The position numbers and the translations under genes were made by a program. A stretch of DNA of 6,031 nt from Octopus sinensis (lineage: Eukaryota): assembly GCF_006345805.1 (NCBI RefSeq), contig NW_021829553.1, positions 1 through 6,031 of the forward strand. Direction: 5' to 3'. The notes beneath the pieces were generated by a model. The model saw only the letters and a list, made by a program, of their open reading frames with translations, was not told where the DNA came from and searched no databases. This document shows positions 5,905 to 6,031 of this stretch, piece after piece (position 1 is the stretch's first letter; every line of letters starts with the position of its first letter).

Positions 5905-6031
5905 TGATATATTTAATTTATGGACCCCGAAAGAATGAAAGACACAGTCGACCTCGGCTGTATTTGAACACAGAACGTAAAGAGTGTAAGAAATGCGACT
6001 TAAGCATTTTCTCCGGCATGGTGACAATTCT
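5905..6031 (-). mobile_element. SINE family 2, 3'-truncated copy whose 5' end runs off the window
   Basis: Head agaattgtcaccatgccgg..., B-box-like gtgttcaaatac, body gaggtcgactgtgtctttcattctttcggggtc. Confidence 0.85.

Noticed and set aside
5526-6027. ORFs 5526-5741 and 5803-6027 with similar peptides (HPFGV/HSFGV)
   Set aside because: The similarity reflects the underlying SINE copies, not a protein family.
1-6031. CRISPR array, prokaryotic operon or autonomous transposon
   Set aside because: No regular repeat-spacer array, no long ORF and no transposase or RT coding remnant; the sequence is eukaryotic repeat-rich DNA.

Overview
Eukaryotic, AT-rich, microsatellite-saturated non-coding (intronic or intergenic) DNA. 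The repeat families look like those of octopus or another coleoid cephalopod; this is inferred from recalled SINE consensus sequences, not from a database search. No complete gene is present, and nearly all listed ORFs are read-throughs of simple repeats or SINEs. Contents: (i) many (TA)n, (CA)n, (CT)n, (GGT)n and (AGAT)n arrays; (ii) two tRNA-derived SINE families, family 1 as + strand head and tail halves at 1412-2822 and family 2 as a - strand head-to-tail cluster at 5345-6031; (iii) short Penelope-like element (PLE) terminal fragments that end at (TA)n arrays, one with a nearly intact minimal type I hammerhead ribozyme (3959-3998) and one with an eroded hammerhead (1848-1880); (iv) two long imperfect inverted repeats (2130-2332 and 3122-3388); (v) one candidate 99-nt phase 1-1 coding exon (417-515, +).
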